From: Podarcis tiliguerta
Lineage: Eukaryota
Direction: 5' to 3' (one strand)
DNA: 64,000 nucleotides
Assembly: GCA_965153285.1 (NCBI GenBank)
Contig: OZ229111.1
This document shows positions 27,550-40,680 of this stretch, in pieces (the stretch's first letter is position 1; every line of letters begins with the position of its first letter). The notes below the pieces were generated by a model, which ran no database searches, had not been told where the DNA came from, and saw only the letters and a list, made by a program, of their open reading frames with translations. The translations under genes were made by a program, and so were the position numbers.

Positions 27550-28190
27550 CGCAGGCCGCGCAGCCAGGCTGGAGTCCCACCCGTGGGAGGGGGGCTGGAG
27601 GGGGGGGCTTAGAATCTGCCGGCCACTTGCTTGCTTACTCACGAGGAGGCTCTTCCTCTCTTGCTTCCCTTGCGCGCGCGCGCGCACACACACACAAAGG
27701 GAGCCCCCGCCGCGGCGCGAGGCCGGGCTCTGCGCCTTCTCCCCAAGCCAACTGCGGCTCCCCAGCCCGCCGCGCTTGAAGCGAGGAGAACCCTCCGCGG
27801 AAGCAGAGTTCAGGGGGGGAGGGGAGAGAAAGAGAGCGGAAGGAAAGAACGGAGGCTCCTCCTGCCTCCCCCCTCCCCGTCCCTCCAAAGAACCTACTTA
27901 CCGCCCGACTAGCGGCGAAGGAGGGCAGGAGAAGCCCCAAGCCAAGGGGACCACGGCCGGATCGGAGGCGGGGTGGGAGGGGGGGAAGAGGAGGAGCCGG
28001 GCAGGCTCACGAGAGCAAAGAGCTCACGTGACCAGCAAGAGGCAAGCGCTGGCTGGCTCGGCCTGCGCTGCCACTCAGCCGCCTTCGGCCAGTGGCGTGC
28101 AGGGAGGGGAGGGCGGGAGCTCGCTGTAGTTGGGCGGGGGGAGAAGGAGAGGCGGCGTGAAAAAGCGGGTCCCTTGCGCTGCTGCATGCT
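27550..28190. promoter_or_regulatory. SMAD5: CpG island / SMAD5 promoter
   Basis: Sharp GC/CpG enrichment ~2.2 kb upstream of the start codon; GC boxes (GGGCGGG near 28111 and 28132); palindromic E-box TCACGTGA at 28024-28031. Confidence 0.85.
27902..28100 (-). other. SMAD5: Probable non-coding exon 1 of SMAD5 (TSS approximate)
   Basis: Strong donor GGCG|GTAAGT (GT at 27901-27900) inside the CpG island on the gene strand. Confidence 0.6.
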
Positions 28191-28284
28191 TTGGGGTGGA
28201 TAACGTTTGAATTGCTTTCACCTGAGGATACTTACTAGCACGTTGTTTAGATCAGTACTCGCAGTTGCATATGCATTTCTATTA

Positions 28285-28745
28285 AATTTATTTATTTGGG
28301 TTTTCTAATTAAAATTTTACAATCACAAACACAACATTGAAGACAAGATTCCAGAGAATCTCTTGGACTTCCCTTCTCCCTTTTGTGGGTCCTATTATGA
28401 ATCATTTCCTCCTGCATCTTTTATAATAATCCAAATCTTTTACATCTCCATTATATCCAAAATTCACCATTAAACTACAAGTGTTATTCAGATCCTACTA
28501 ACGATTTTAACTGTTTACAATGGTTTTTAAGGTAAATGATAACTTTCCGATTTCTGATTCTTCTGGTCATTTTTGCCATTTTGGCGTAATCCATCAGTTT
28601 ACTCTGCCATTCTTCTCTGGTTGGGACTTTGTTCGTTTTCAATCTCTGGGCCAATAACATTTGTGCAACTGGTCGCATACATAAATAATATTTTCTGCTC
28701 CCTTGGGATTTTGGCACCTACATATACATTTATATTTACAGCATC
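28285..28745 (-). mobile_element. L1-clade LINE 3' fragment
   Basis: Peptide AQMLLAQRLKTNKVPTREEWQSKLMDYAKMAK resembles a squamate L1 ORF2 C-terminus; homologous to 35900-36430. Confidence 0.65.
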
Positions 28746-29099
28746 TCTTTTTCTAGGAAAATAGCACTGTGTGTGGCACAGCTGCACAGGCATAACAACC
28801 CTGGCTTGTGAAAAGTCAGCAACAAGTGCCAGACAGTGGTGACTGGTAATATTTTTTACTTGGTATGGCTGCATTTTGTTTGGAAGTTGCCGTTGCAGTA
28901 GGTGCTTGTACAGCCTCTTATTTAGGAAAGTGTGCAATTATGCAGAGTGCATTGATTCCTCTCTTTCTAAAAGAAATCAATTATTCTCTCTACCTGTATG
29001 AACATGGAAATAGCTTCCATGGAAGAGGCCCCAAGTATGATTTTCAGACAATATGGACTCCATACATCTTACTTAGAAGTTTAGCTATATCACATGCCG

Positions 29100-29471
29100 T
29101 GTGGTTTTGAATTTTATGTACTGTTTACATTGTTATTTAGAGAAAAGGAGTGTGAAGTCACTGAGAGGAAAAGCTGGAAAGCAGAGAGGCAGAGCAATGG
29201 TTGATTTCTGTTTGAATGCAAGGCTATGGGAATGGAAGAAACAAGACCCTTTTGAGAGGGTTAATGCTGTGAACCCCACTATCGCAGGCTCAGTTTGTAT
29301 ATATGTGTGTAAATAAACCATAGATCATAAAGACAAAATAAACCATAGATCATAAAGATACCACCGTCTCCGCTGGGCCTCATTTCCAAAAGGAAACATG
29401 AATCCTGGGTAAAGCACGCCTGGAAGCCCTGGAATCTCACAACCACTCAGAGATTTGGGTGGCCTGCAACA
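29100..29471 (+). mobile_element. Possible solo LTR (Gypsy-like)
   Basis: TG... start, ...GCAACA end, internal AATAAA within a duplicated 23-mer; no TSD confirmed. Confidence 0.35.
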
Positions 29472-29504
29472 ATACATTTGAAAGGTATTAGGATCTTTGA
29501 AATA

Positions 29505-29734
29505 CGGTGGTACCTCGGGTTACATATGCTTCAGGTTATATACGCTTCAGATTACAGACGCTGCTAACCCAGAAATAGTACCTTGGGTTAAAAACTTTGC
29601 TCCAGGGTGAGAACAGAAATCGTGCGGCAGCAGCAGGAGGCCCCATTAGCTAAAGTGGTGCTTCAGGTTAAGAACAGTTTCAGGTTAAGAACGGACCTCC
29701 AGAACAAATTAAATAGTAACCAGAGGTACCACTG
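29505..29734. mobile_element. Tigger/pogo-like MITE, family A
   Basis: TA-CGGTGGTACCTC ... GAGGTACCACTG-TA. Confidence 0.85.
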
Positions 29735-29791
29735 TAAAATGGATACATTTGCAAAACATGTCAAGCCAGCAAAGACCAAAACAAATCATTA

Positions 29792-30023
29792 CAGTGGTAC
29801 CTCGGGATCACATCCCGAATGGAACGCAAGATGCGAAAGCACATCTGCGCATGCGCGGGGTCGCGTTTCGCCGCTTCTGTGCATGTGCGTGACGTCATTT
29901 TGAGTGTCTGCACATGTGCGAGCGGCAAAACCCAGAAGTAACGTGCTCCGTTACTTCTAGGTTGCCGCGGAGTGCAACCCGAACGCGCTCAACCTGAAGC
30001 ACATTCAACCTGAGGTATGACTG
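29792..30023. mobile_element. Tigger/pogo-like MITE, family B
   Basis: TA-CAGTGGTACCTC ... GAGGTATGACTG-TA. Confidence 0.82.
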
Positions 30024-32496
30024 TATTTTTAAGCATTTTCACAGAATTGTGAGGAACACACAGCAGAGCTGGCTGCTGATCAGAGACAAGCATTTCTACA
30101 TTTTAAAGCTGAGGAAATACAGAGATTGTTAGCAAAAGGTAAGCCTTCTAACATACCTCAGAGAAGACCAGCAATATAAAGAATGAAAAAAGACATTCTG
30201 GATTTGTCAGTGTGCAAAATCCATTGACCCAGAACACAGAGACACTGCCTCATACGTAGAAACCATTGTCTGACAAGAAAAAAACAAAACCCTCTGTTAA
30301 GGATGACAGTTCCCGGCAGGCTCAAGCTTGCTGGTCCATCAAAAGGGATACAAATTTGGCAGACGAAGCCTTCAACCTTGCCAATAATCACTGGCCAAGC
30401 AGAGGAAGTGCTAACAGTATATAACCGCATTGTCACAAGAAGCTTTTGATTAAAAAAAAAAACCACCGCACAAATATTCCTGATAAAACTAGCTGAAGCA
30501 GAGTGGTAAAATTATAGGCTCATGTTATATGCCACAGATAAATATTGAAATGGAAACTAATCTGAGATGGGAACCCAAGCTATGCTTCGTTTTTTGGGGA
30601 CTGTAAATGCATATGAGTTGATTAAGAAGATTGAAAGGTATGGCATTTGTTGCAGCATCCAACATGTATTAGCAAAGAGGGTTTCTCCTCCCAGCCCATC
30701 TGATCATTGTTTGTGTACTTGTTTGCTCTGTCCTCTGTACTCTTAATAACATTCATTTCCCCTATGTGGCAACATTTTTTATTTAAATATCATTGAAGTG
30801 ACTAGATGAAAGTTCTGTATTAAAAAATATTAAATTAATTTAATTTTAACCAGAATGCCATGAGTTTATTAAAATATTGTGTTGGAGAATGCTTGCATTG
30901 ACATTTTTGCTTCAAAGTGCTACATCACATTACTTGTGCTTTAAGAGGAAGCAGATTGTCAATGTAATGGAAAATGGGGGCGGGGGGAGAGAGAGAGGTG
31001 GGAAACCCACCTAAGTTTTGCAAGCGTGATTTCCAATACAAATCCTGTTACAGGCCAGACTTCTGCCACTAATGTGCTGAATGCATTATCATAATGAAGC
31101 AATTTTTCAAGTGTGTTAATCAAGTGATATTTGAACACTTTGCAAGTTGTGAATTATAACTCTAGGAGGCATTTTCACTTACTAGATAGATATAGGGGAA
31201 ATGATTGGTTTACTGGAGATTACAAAATGAAAAAACTGGGGAAATTATTCCTATCGCTTTGAATGTAGTTCCACTTTTACTTTAGCCTTAATACCGTGAA
31301 TCTCTTTCTATGTTCTTTGACTGAGTTATAACTACATATAAACGTCTGTATAGCTCAGTTATCAGCACTGATCACAAACAGTGTCAATGGGTGTTAAATC
31401 TTCAGTATGACAATGGGGGAGGAGAATCTGAACTATAATGTTCATAACACAAAAACCCATCAATGATTTTCCAAATTATTTATGTGTTTGAAGCTATAAG
31501 AAAGTCACTATGTGGTTGTACTAGTTGCTTCTTTTCATTACATATCAGTTTCGATTAGTGCTTGGGACTAAGCAAGAAGCTTTGCAAGATGTAATCTGGA
31601 ATCCAGAGTGTTGCGTATGCTGTTCTAGACATACACCGGGGCTTTTTAACTCCTCCTTTTCAATGTCTAAATGGGGTACACTGCTGCCAGAAAGAAAGAA
31701 CAGCCACCCCAGTGTGCACACAGAAGGACTTGGTGTGCATGCCTTTGAACCCCTGCCTTTTAAAAATGAATCACAGTTGACCCTACCATTGCTGCAAAGA
31801 GCTCAAGATTGGATACATGGACTATCCCATTTTATCCTTAACACCTCCTGCGTGGTATATTAAGCTGAATTTGCTCATTAAGTGTGAGCCTCGTGTCTGC
31901 ATGAGGATTTAATTCAAGACTCCCTAACCACAGCCCAACATCACACTGGCTTCCCACCTCATGCAAAAATGTTGACTGTTTTCTACATATTTGTTGCATG
32001 GACAGTGATATGTGGACACAAGCATATTATGAACATCTAGTTATTTATTTCAGAACATTTATATCCTGCTCTTTTAATGCAATGCGGCATCCGTTAATCT
32101 ATGTGTTTGTGGCTAAGTTATTTTTCTGAGCATGCATACACCCTACACAGTACAGCCAACCTCATTCTGTTTGTAATGGCTAGGGAAGCCGTAATTATAT
32201 TACAAAACGAAAAGTTATCTGAGGGATAGAGCTTTCTTTTTCTCTCGTGGAAATGATGGAAGATTGTTCCAAAATGCCTCTGGTGTAGAAGAGAATGGAG
32301 GAGTTGACCAAAGTTCTCCAATAATTCATCTAGTATTCATGCTTCACTCCTTTGGTTGGCTGAGGTGAAAGGGGCAGAAAGGGAGGCATTACTTTTCCAG
32401 GCCGTGTAGTTGTAAGAAATGTACATATGCCACAGTTGTAAAAGCAAAGAAACCTGCCACTGCTGAGAAGATGCTATTGCGTCCTTCCCTCTAATG

Positions 32497-32871
32497 CAGG
32501 GGTTGGCAAACTTACTGCGCCTTGGGCCGGTGTCTCCAGTGCCAATCACGCGGCGGGCCAGAAGGCGGGGGAGCACGTGCCCATATGCATGCGCACATGC
32601 TATTTCCGGCGCACTTCCGGGTCGGAGGAGCACCGGAAATAGCTTGTGCGCATGTGCACAGGCCTCCTCCGACCCAGATGAGCACTGGAAATAACGCTTG
32701 CGCATGCATACAAGCTATTTCCAGTGCTCCTCCGACCTGGAAGTGGGCAGCTGCGCAGAGCAGAGCCGGTAAGAGCAGGTGGAGGCAGCGGACTGTGGGG
32801 GTTGCCGTGGGCTGGATAAACGAGTCCCTCGGGCCTTATACAGCCCTCAGACCTTAGTTTGAGGACCCCTG
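32497..32871. mobile_element. hAT (Charlie-like) non-autonomous element
   Basis: TIR CAGGGGTTGGCAAACT / AGTTTGAGGACCCCTG; perfect 8-bp TSD CTCTAATG (32489-32496 and 32872-32879). Confidence 0.9.
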
Positions 32872-34054
32872 CTCTAATGAGCCACCTCTGTTTTAAAACT
32901 GAAGACACATTGTGGTCTTCGTATACATCATTCTCAACAAATTGTCACTCGCAAGGTAATTCAGCAACCTACCTCAGCCCTCTCACACCTTTCAGGGACA
33001 GCTCAAAGCAGAATGTCCTCAAATTAGATGAGAACTGGTTCCCAGCCAGTGCCAAAATCATTCCTCACTTTAGCATGCAATCAGTTAAACAATAAGTGGT
33101 CAACCCTTGCTTGATGTACCAGAATATTGTGTTTGGACAATACAAAAGAGCTTGAAATTGTCCAAGCAACATTTCTGGGATCTGTCTGCAAAAAAAAAAA
33201 AAAAAAACCCTCCTCCCCTTAGGGTGGAGACTCAAGAATGTTCTGTTGCTTTTTAAGAACTTTTGCATTATACATTTTTTGGATCAAGCTACAGTTTACA
33301 GAAAACAGCAAATTCCCATCTGTCTTGGGGAACATGTCTGTTTTAAAGAAGCTTAGACAAAGTTTTTGGCTGTAGTACGTAGTCACTAGGTTTAATCAGC
33401 ATTGTGGTTTTCTGTTTAATCTAGCTGAGGCCCTCATCTGCCAAAACTCAGACTAAATACAGAATTTAAGATATGGACACACCTTGGGATTTATTGGCAA
33501 GACTTCCCCCAGTTTAGATTTATAAAATAGAACCACTGTCTGGAAAGTTATTTAACTTCATTAAATTAAATGTACACTTCACAACCCTCTGATTCCAAAT
33601 TATAGCAGCCATAGTCATAGACAGACACTATTGTAAGGCAGGTTATGAGACAAGTTTACCTCTGTAGAGGAGAGAGGATTTAACAAGTCCTTATAATCTT
33701 CTCAAAAGGTCAGACAAAACCTACAGTCTGTTTTGCACTGAGTGGGCTATCTGTCAGATTACTTGCTGAATGGAATAGATAGGGTGATTGCATAAATTTG
33801 TTTTATTTGCTCTGACAACAGTAACAATTAGATTAAAATGAATGTGGAATCTTGCCAAGGTAACTCCTTGGAAGTACCTTATAAGTTTGGACTGCATCTT
33901 GCCTTGTTTTAATTCTGCTGATATGCCTTTTTTTATAAAGCAGAAATTAAATTCCTTTTTTCTGTGCTGTCCACAGTTTGGGATTGAGGCAGGCCAATGC
34001 CTCATGCGGTAGCATACAGTCATAGTATTGTCTATTATTATTATTATTATTATA

Positions 34055-34245
34055 CAGTGGTACCTTGGTTTTCGAGCATCTCAGAAGCTGAACGTTTCAG
34101 TTTCCAAATGCCGAAAACCCGGAAGTAAATGCTTCCATTTTCAAACGCGCCCCAGAAGTTGAATGTCTTCCGCTGTGTTTTGGGGTTTTTTCAGTTTTCT
34201 CCATTGACTTTGCAGACCGCCTTTTGTGCCTCAGTTGTCAAATGT
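34055..34245. mobile_element. Tigger/pogo-like MITE, family C, truncated
   Basis: TA-CAGTGGTACCTTGG left TIR after an (ATT)n run; no right TIR seen. Confidence 0.65.
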
Positions 34246-34249
34246 TTCA

Positions 34250-34620
34250 GACATTTTGAGAGAATATATAAAACAGTTAAATATATAAAAATAGTTAAAA
34301 CAATTGCATATAGCATACATAAAATTATTTCAAATCCAAGTGGAATAAAGATCTCCATTTAGAAATCTTCCTCTTCTTCTTCCTCTTCTTCTTCTTCTTC
34401 AAAAAGGAACATCTTTAACAGGTGCCAAAAATACAATAGAGAAGGTGCCTGTCTGTTATACAATGGGAGGGAGTTCCAAAGCGTAGGGGCCATCACGTTA
34501 AAAGCCCGATTCCAACATTGTGCAGAATGGACCTTCTTATAGGATGGTGTCTGCAGGGTGCCTCCTCCTGCAGAATGTAGTGATTGGTTGGGTATGTAAA
34601 GGGTGAGATGATCTAACACA
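34250..34620 (-). mobile_element. L2 3' fragment containing a (TTC)n microsatellite (~34367-34400)
   Basis: Peptide RAFNVMAPTLWNSLP...FWHLLKMFLF resembles the L2 C-terminus. Confidence 0.65.
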
Positions 34621-35628
34621 GTTGAATGTCACATATGGAGAAAGGCAATTCATTTTTTACACATGGAGAGTTGGGGTGGAAAGGGCATTTCCTTATGAAC
34701 ATAACATTTTATATCCTCAATTCATAGGAAACAGTTTTCCTGTTGACTCACATGGTGTCCTTAAAGATGCTGTTCTTTCTATATTCTACAGAAAAATAAA
34801 TTTGACATAAGAAAAAATCCGGAAAAAACTTTTAAATTAATTTATTAATTACTCAGGAACTTTGTAGAGCAGGATCCATCTCCACTGTCACAGTGCTACT
34901 TGCTGGGCCATTATACATCTTCCCATTAATTTTTTGTTCATCCTCCACTTCAATGCGCTTCCCTGTCACTTTCCTGACTGCTAAAAGTCCATGTTTCAAA
35001 AATGGGGATTTGTTGTGTCAGGGTGTCAGAGCACTTTAATCCACTTGAATTTCTCAAATTTAAATTTCCAATATGCACTTGAATCCCTCCCAGAAAACAC
35101 CGACAGTCTGGAGGCAGCCTTGCATTTGTGACATTATAATTCGTGTTCAACCTGATCATTCTGTAAACAATTAACATGAAATCAAGACATGCTTTCTAGC
35201 CTTCCTCTCTCACAAGGAAACATTTTCTTAAAGTTTTCTCCACTCAGGGATGGAAGAGTGCAAAAAGAAATGACAGGAGCCCAAAAAGACACCGGCAAAA
35301 TGCCGGATAATGCCCTATTAATAAAATCCTGGATTATTCAAGACAGCTGATGCTTTGTAAGAATGAAATATCGTGTTCTTGTATCACTTTTTAAAATAGC
35401 CACTGGCAGTGCAGTCTCATGCATGTTCACTTAGAAGGAAATCCTAAGAAGTAAATTCAATGGGAGTTTGCACATGGAATTTCTGAGACAACAACAGCAG
35501 AGAATCTGCTACTCTGATATGCTCCTTTCTGCACAAGTTAATGAAGCAACAACAGTTGGAGAAAGTTAGTAGGGCACTCTTAGAGTGGTCATGTAAGGTA
35601 ACTAAAACTTTCTGGGAGATCATATATA

Positions 35629-35869
35629 CAGTGGTACCTCAGGTTAAAGGCGTTTTAGGTTACAAACGCTTCTGGTTACAGGCTCCGCTCACCCAGAAAT
35701 AGTACCTTGGATTAAGAACTTTCTTCAGGATGAGAACAGAAATTGCGCAGTGGCCGCGCGGAGGCAGCGGGAGGTCCCATTAGCTAAAGTGGTACCTCAG
35801 GTTAAGAAGAGTTTCAGGTTAAGAACGGACCTCCAGAACGAATTGAGTTCTTAACCCGAGGTACCACTG
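35629..35869. mobile_element. Tigger/pogo-like MITE, family A
   Basis: TA-CAGTGGTACCTC ... GAGGTACCACTG-TA. Confidence 0.88.
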
Positions 35870-35899
35870 TAATGAAATGAAAAAAATATTCAAAATAAC

Positions 35900-36430
35900 C
35901 TTTGTTAAAAAAAAAACCAGAAGCTTTTTTTATTAGGAATTCTAGGTACCAGCATTCCAAAGGAGCAGATAAGACATTTTATGTATGTGACAACAGCTGC
36001 TCGGATGCTACTAGCCCAGAGATGGAAAGAATAAGTCCCTACCAGATAGGAATGGCAAGCGAAGCTGATGGACTACGCCAAGATAGCAAAGCTGACTGGA
36101 AAGCTCAGGAACCAAGAGGACAAGAACAGTAAAACAGAGTGGGGAAAATTTATATTTATTTAAGAGACCACTGCAAGCAGATGAAAACATCAGCAGGATT
36201 TTAATCTCACTTGCAATGTAGCAAACATTATGGACAATATGGATTGATATAAAATATAGACTATGGAATAATATGCAGTTGTAAATGTTGACAATAGGAT
36301 CCATGAAGGGGATGGAGGGGGTGTCTCGAGATTCAGAATAATCTCTATATATGGATATGCATTTGGATTGTTACAAAATTGTATTTGCAAAATCAAATAA
36401 AAATGATTTCAAAGAAGAAGAAGAAGAAGT
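35900..36430 (+). mobile_element. L1-clade LINE 3' fragment
   Basis: Frameshifted PEAF(L)LGILGTSIPKEQIRHFMYVTTAARMLLAQRWK, then an AT-rich 3' UTR with AATAAA and an (AAG)n tail. Confidence 0.7.
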
Positions 36431-37469
36431 AGGGTGCTCTTAGACGTTTGATAAAAAGACAGCATCATGTTGGTCTATAAGTACTGCAAACCACAAGCAG
36501 GCCCAACACAAGAGTTCATTCCGGAATGCTGCACCATGTTCAAACACCCTGGGAAAAATATAGCCTTCGAAACCATGTGATTAGATCTCAGATGCCAGAT
36601 TAATATACAGAAGAGTTATAAACTATAATTATTGTAGCACTTCTCTGCATGCCATTTCAGCAGTTCCAGAGCGGAATGTGGGTGGGGTTTGGGTGTTTGT
36701 ACTTGTAGACAAACATGCAATGTTGGATTTTGTTGTTGTGTGTGTATGCAGTGAACTCAATAACACTCATTAGATTTTCCTGCACGTTGCTGATGCACCA
36801 AACTGCGTAGAATACCGTCCTCCAAGCCTGTTTCTGGGCTTTGCTCAAGGCTGGTACACGGGTCACATAAAGATGGCCTTTTAAGGAATTGCTTATAAAA
36901 TATCATAATAACATATTTATTATTTCCTCGCAGATCCTGTCTGCTGTTGACACTGCAGCAAGGTATAAGGTTGTATTCTCTTCCTCTCTGCAGCTCTACC
37001 TACCCACATGGACACTGCTGTTCCCCAGCGCTGCTGCTTAGGCATGAAGGCTGTAACTCAGTCAGGGGCATTGCGAGCTGCTCTGGCACCCAGAGCGGTG
37101 GGAGCGGGGTGGGCAGCCCACATGGGCAGGGCGATGCGCCCAGGGGGGCGACACGATGAGCTGCCCATGGAGTCTGCCTGGCGGATGCAAGCCGCACGCT
37201 GCCATTTTGGGCAGTGCTGGGCCCCGAGCCACTGTGTCACTCCCAGGAGAGAAGCATGGCTCGGGCGCGCTGCAGGCCAGGCCCTGCGGAAAGTGCCACC
37301 CCCGTGGTGTGCCATTTTGTCACCCCCCTCAAGGATGACACCCCCCGCACCCCCCTTCCTACATCCCTGAGCTCAGTGACAGAGCACGTGGTTTGCATGC
37401 ACAAGGTCCCAGGTTCAATTTTGGGTGGCTAAAATCCTGGATACTTTGCTGCCAGTCATGTTGAAAATC

Positions 37470-37555
37470 CCTCAGTCCCATACGTGTTTATTCATCAGTA
37501 AGTCTTGAGTTCAATGCGGCTTACTCCTAGGTAAGTAAGTATAGGATTGCAGACT
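37470..37555. repeat. Ancient ~80-bp imperfect palindromic repeat (related copies near 6670, 16735, 24835, 25775, 35405, 42585)
   Basis: Recurring pattern GCA(A/G)TCCTA..AGTAAGT..TGAGTTCAATG..CTTACT..TAGGATTGC, typical of decayed short DNA transposons. Confidence 0.5.
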
Positions 37556-40499
37556 TCAGTTGTGTACAGACTTCCATTTATTTTGCACCCGGTGTACTCC
37601 CATTGCTGGTTGGCGAAGCTGTGTGTACGTGACATTAACCACAACCCATATCTATCCTGTCATTTCTTATGAAATGCTGCATTTCCCCTCAAACCAGCTT
37701 TGATCTGAATTGAGAAAAAGAACAACCTAGCTGCTAACATGTACATAGTCTTAGAGACTGGAAGATGGTCAACATTATCAAAGGATGGTTATGTGGCAAC
37801 TCTGCTGAACAAGCTAATTTGCAATCATGGACTTTGGAACAGGAGAGAACATTTCAAATGCTATTAATATTTCTAAATCAGTGGACCTAACCAATATTAC
37901 TACCATTTTAGGGCTTATGAGTCAACGGCTGCTCTATGAAATGCCATTGACTAAGGCCCAGGAAATCTTGAGTGGCTCAACCTAAGTTTTAGGTGGTTCT
38001 CAAGAGCTCAGATATGATGGTATAATTAATTTATATGATATGTGGCATGCAAAGAGTTTCTATTCCTATAAATATTAGAAATAACAATTCTTTTTAGGAA
38101 CCACAAATACCTGAGAAGAATGTTTCTGATGCTTGGGCTCATTAAGGCCTGTACTGGGTGTGGCACCAGAACAGAACAGTTGTTCTTTCATGTTCAGAAG
38201 CAACATCCTCAGCCATGGTTTTTGTGCCAACATTACTTAATTACGAACTGCCTTTCGGTTTCAAGTGCCAGATTCCACATCTGTTTATGTTTCTCTCACC
38301 AGTGAGTCTGCCTCACCTGAAGGATATGTCTTGCTAACCCAGTTGCCCAAATTCAGTTACCCTCTGCTCTTGTTAACTCCTCGCTTTGCTTGTTCCTTCA
38401 TGACTGATTTCCCTTTCTTTAACGAAGTGTCCTGGAATGAAGTTATTTCATCTGCAAAACATGTGTGCCACAGCACTCCAAAATGCTTAGGGCTTAGGTT
38501 GAGTGCTCTTCTTGTTGCCAAGAGAGAAGATATGGGATTCATGATCTCAGGTTGGCAGGATTTAAAACATGTTGCATACCTGTATCTTTTCACTGACAGA
38601 ATGAAAAGCATTTGGGGGAGGGCATTTGATATATAGTGACATAAAGAAGGTGTTAAGAAGCTCCTTTGTACACACACACACACCCTCCTTCCATTTAAAA
38701 CTGTATTTTATGTGGCTTTATTTTGTGCTGGGAGGAAATCTGAAAAAGGCCTCTAGGCATAATGGGTGGTATCCAACAGTTGTGTTATTATCAGAAGGCT
38801 ATTTGTGCAATGCATTTTTTCCTGCCCCCCCCCCCATAGCCCATGGCCTCTCCTGAACAAAGTGGCCTCTGACACAGGAGCTGCTGGGGGAGGAAGGAAT
38901 CACCTTGAGCAAGTGAAGCTGCATCCACACAAAGTAATTCTACCTGATTTTGCATAACTTCCCCATTCTCTCTACACAGCAGCCCATAAGACACAGCTCC
39001 TGACCCTTTACAGAGGCTTTGGGGAATGAGGAACTGGGGTTGTAGGAGAATTCCAACAGAAGCAGAAATTGCTAATGTTTGCTGATTCGTTCCACGCTTG
39101 GAATGAAAATCAATGCAGCACATATGCTCAGTCCACCATAATTCCCACCGCGTTTCTTTTGCGCTGAAATAAATGATGTGGAATAGCATAATAACACAAT
39201 TCATTAATTACACAACTACTTATGTAAAATTCTACCACCATGGACAGAAACAGCACTGAGTATGATGAGGACAAGTTGGAATGGAAATTAATGTGGGGTG
39301 AAGGGTGGGGAAGGATCCGTGATGTAAACAGCACACAACGTTTATATACCAGTTGAGGACTAATTCCATTCCGTAAGGGTTTAGTGACAGATCATGTTAA
39401 AGAACAGAGCTGATTCTCTTCTCTTCAGATTCAGTCCAAAAGCACAAAAATACTATATTTATTGAGCTATGAACTAGATGATAGAATATGTGAGAATGAA
39501 GGGTATTTTACGACAGAAGATGATAGAAGCCCTGCTGTCTGGAAAATGATGTACTAGGATTGGTTTTCCCAAGGCAGTAGAGTTCCACCTAATTATCTTA
39601 AAATCATAGATACATGGAAAAAATGTTTGCAGAGTTGGCTGGTTCATGCTTGTCAACAGATGCACACTTAACCTAGTCCTCTCCTGCAACAGAAAATGGT
39701 GTTGGTGGCTGGGATTTCTTAGGGTGAAATTATTAACAACCAAGCATGAATAATAATGTAGCTCACTTTGATGCCATTATAGAAAAAGTCGTATGAGAGC
39801 CTGGTATGAGATCCTGTTGCTCTTTTGCAGAAAAAAGAAAAATGTGTAAAATTTGCCAGGTAGGTGGCTCTTTTGGGATTGTTTCCCTATAAATTGTCAC
39901 TTTTATCCAACAAAATCAATAAAGCTTTAATAATTAAACAAAGTTTATATGTAAATTAGGATATAATTCAACCCCCCTTGGCACTAGGCTGGAGCAAGAC
40001 TTGATGGGCTGGGTGTAGGTGCCCAGTGTGGAGCCCCGTGTGGAGCTAACTGCGTGGTTGCCAGAAGGGTCCCTGTTGGTGGCAGTCCTTGGATTACCCC
40101 AAAATGAGGCATTTCAGAGAGTGTCTGAGCCAGCACAGGACCTGCTAGATCCCCAATCTGCTGGATCTCAACTGCTCTGACCTGACAGCATCGGGGCTGA
40201 TCATGCACATGTTCCAAGATGGCCATCAACTTGGATGGATTTTTAAAACAAGACAAATGCATGGAGGACAAGGCTGTCATGGGCTAATAGCCAAATGACT
40301 ACATCCTTCCTGCACTGTCAGAGGAGGATATTGGTTACAAGCATTTGAATGGCAATGAATGGCACCATTTGAATATTTTAGGGAGGGACATGAAGCGATC
40401 TTGGCCCCTAGGAGCTGGCTCCTCTGGCAAGCTCCTTAAGTACCCCTGAGTGCAGCTGATCAGGCCCTGGAAAACTGAATTCATTTAAAGTATCTAGGT

Positions 40500-40680
40500 G
40501 TTCCCTTTCCACCTATTTTCCTATCTTGGGCTGCAGCTGATTCCATGCACCATTTATTCTGTTATCACCAGGTTGGGCCTTGCTTTCATTTTGGGTGAAG
40601 ACAGAGGCAAAGTAGGTATTGAGGAGTTTCACCTCCTCTCTGTCACCCAGTAGCATTTCTCTAGCTTCAGATATTGTCAA
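40500..40680 (-). mobile_element. Degraded CR1 fragment
   Basis: Peptide DREEVKLLNTYFASVFT...LQPKIGK matches [17 protein letters not shown]...QPRITK of the CR1 at 3752. Confidence 0.65.

Noticed and set aside
27056-28129. 357-aa plus-strand ORF antisense to SMAD5 (and overlapping ORFs at 27163-28203)
   Set aside because: Non-ATG start inside a MITE remnant, low-complexity G/P/R/A composition and no recognisable domain; expected from stop-codon depletion in a CpG island. An antisense non-coding RNA cannot be excluded.
36990-37370. GC-rich block resembling a second CpG island, with several ORFs
   Set aside because: Has a CAGGGATGTAGGAAGGGGG hAT-like terminus on the minus strand and shows CpG decay; more likely a DNA transposon remnant.
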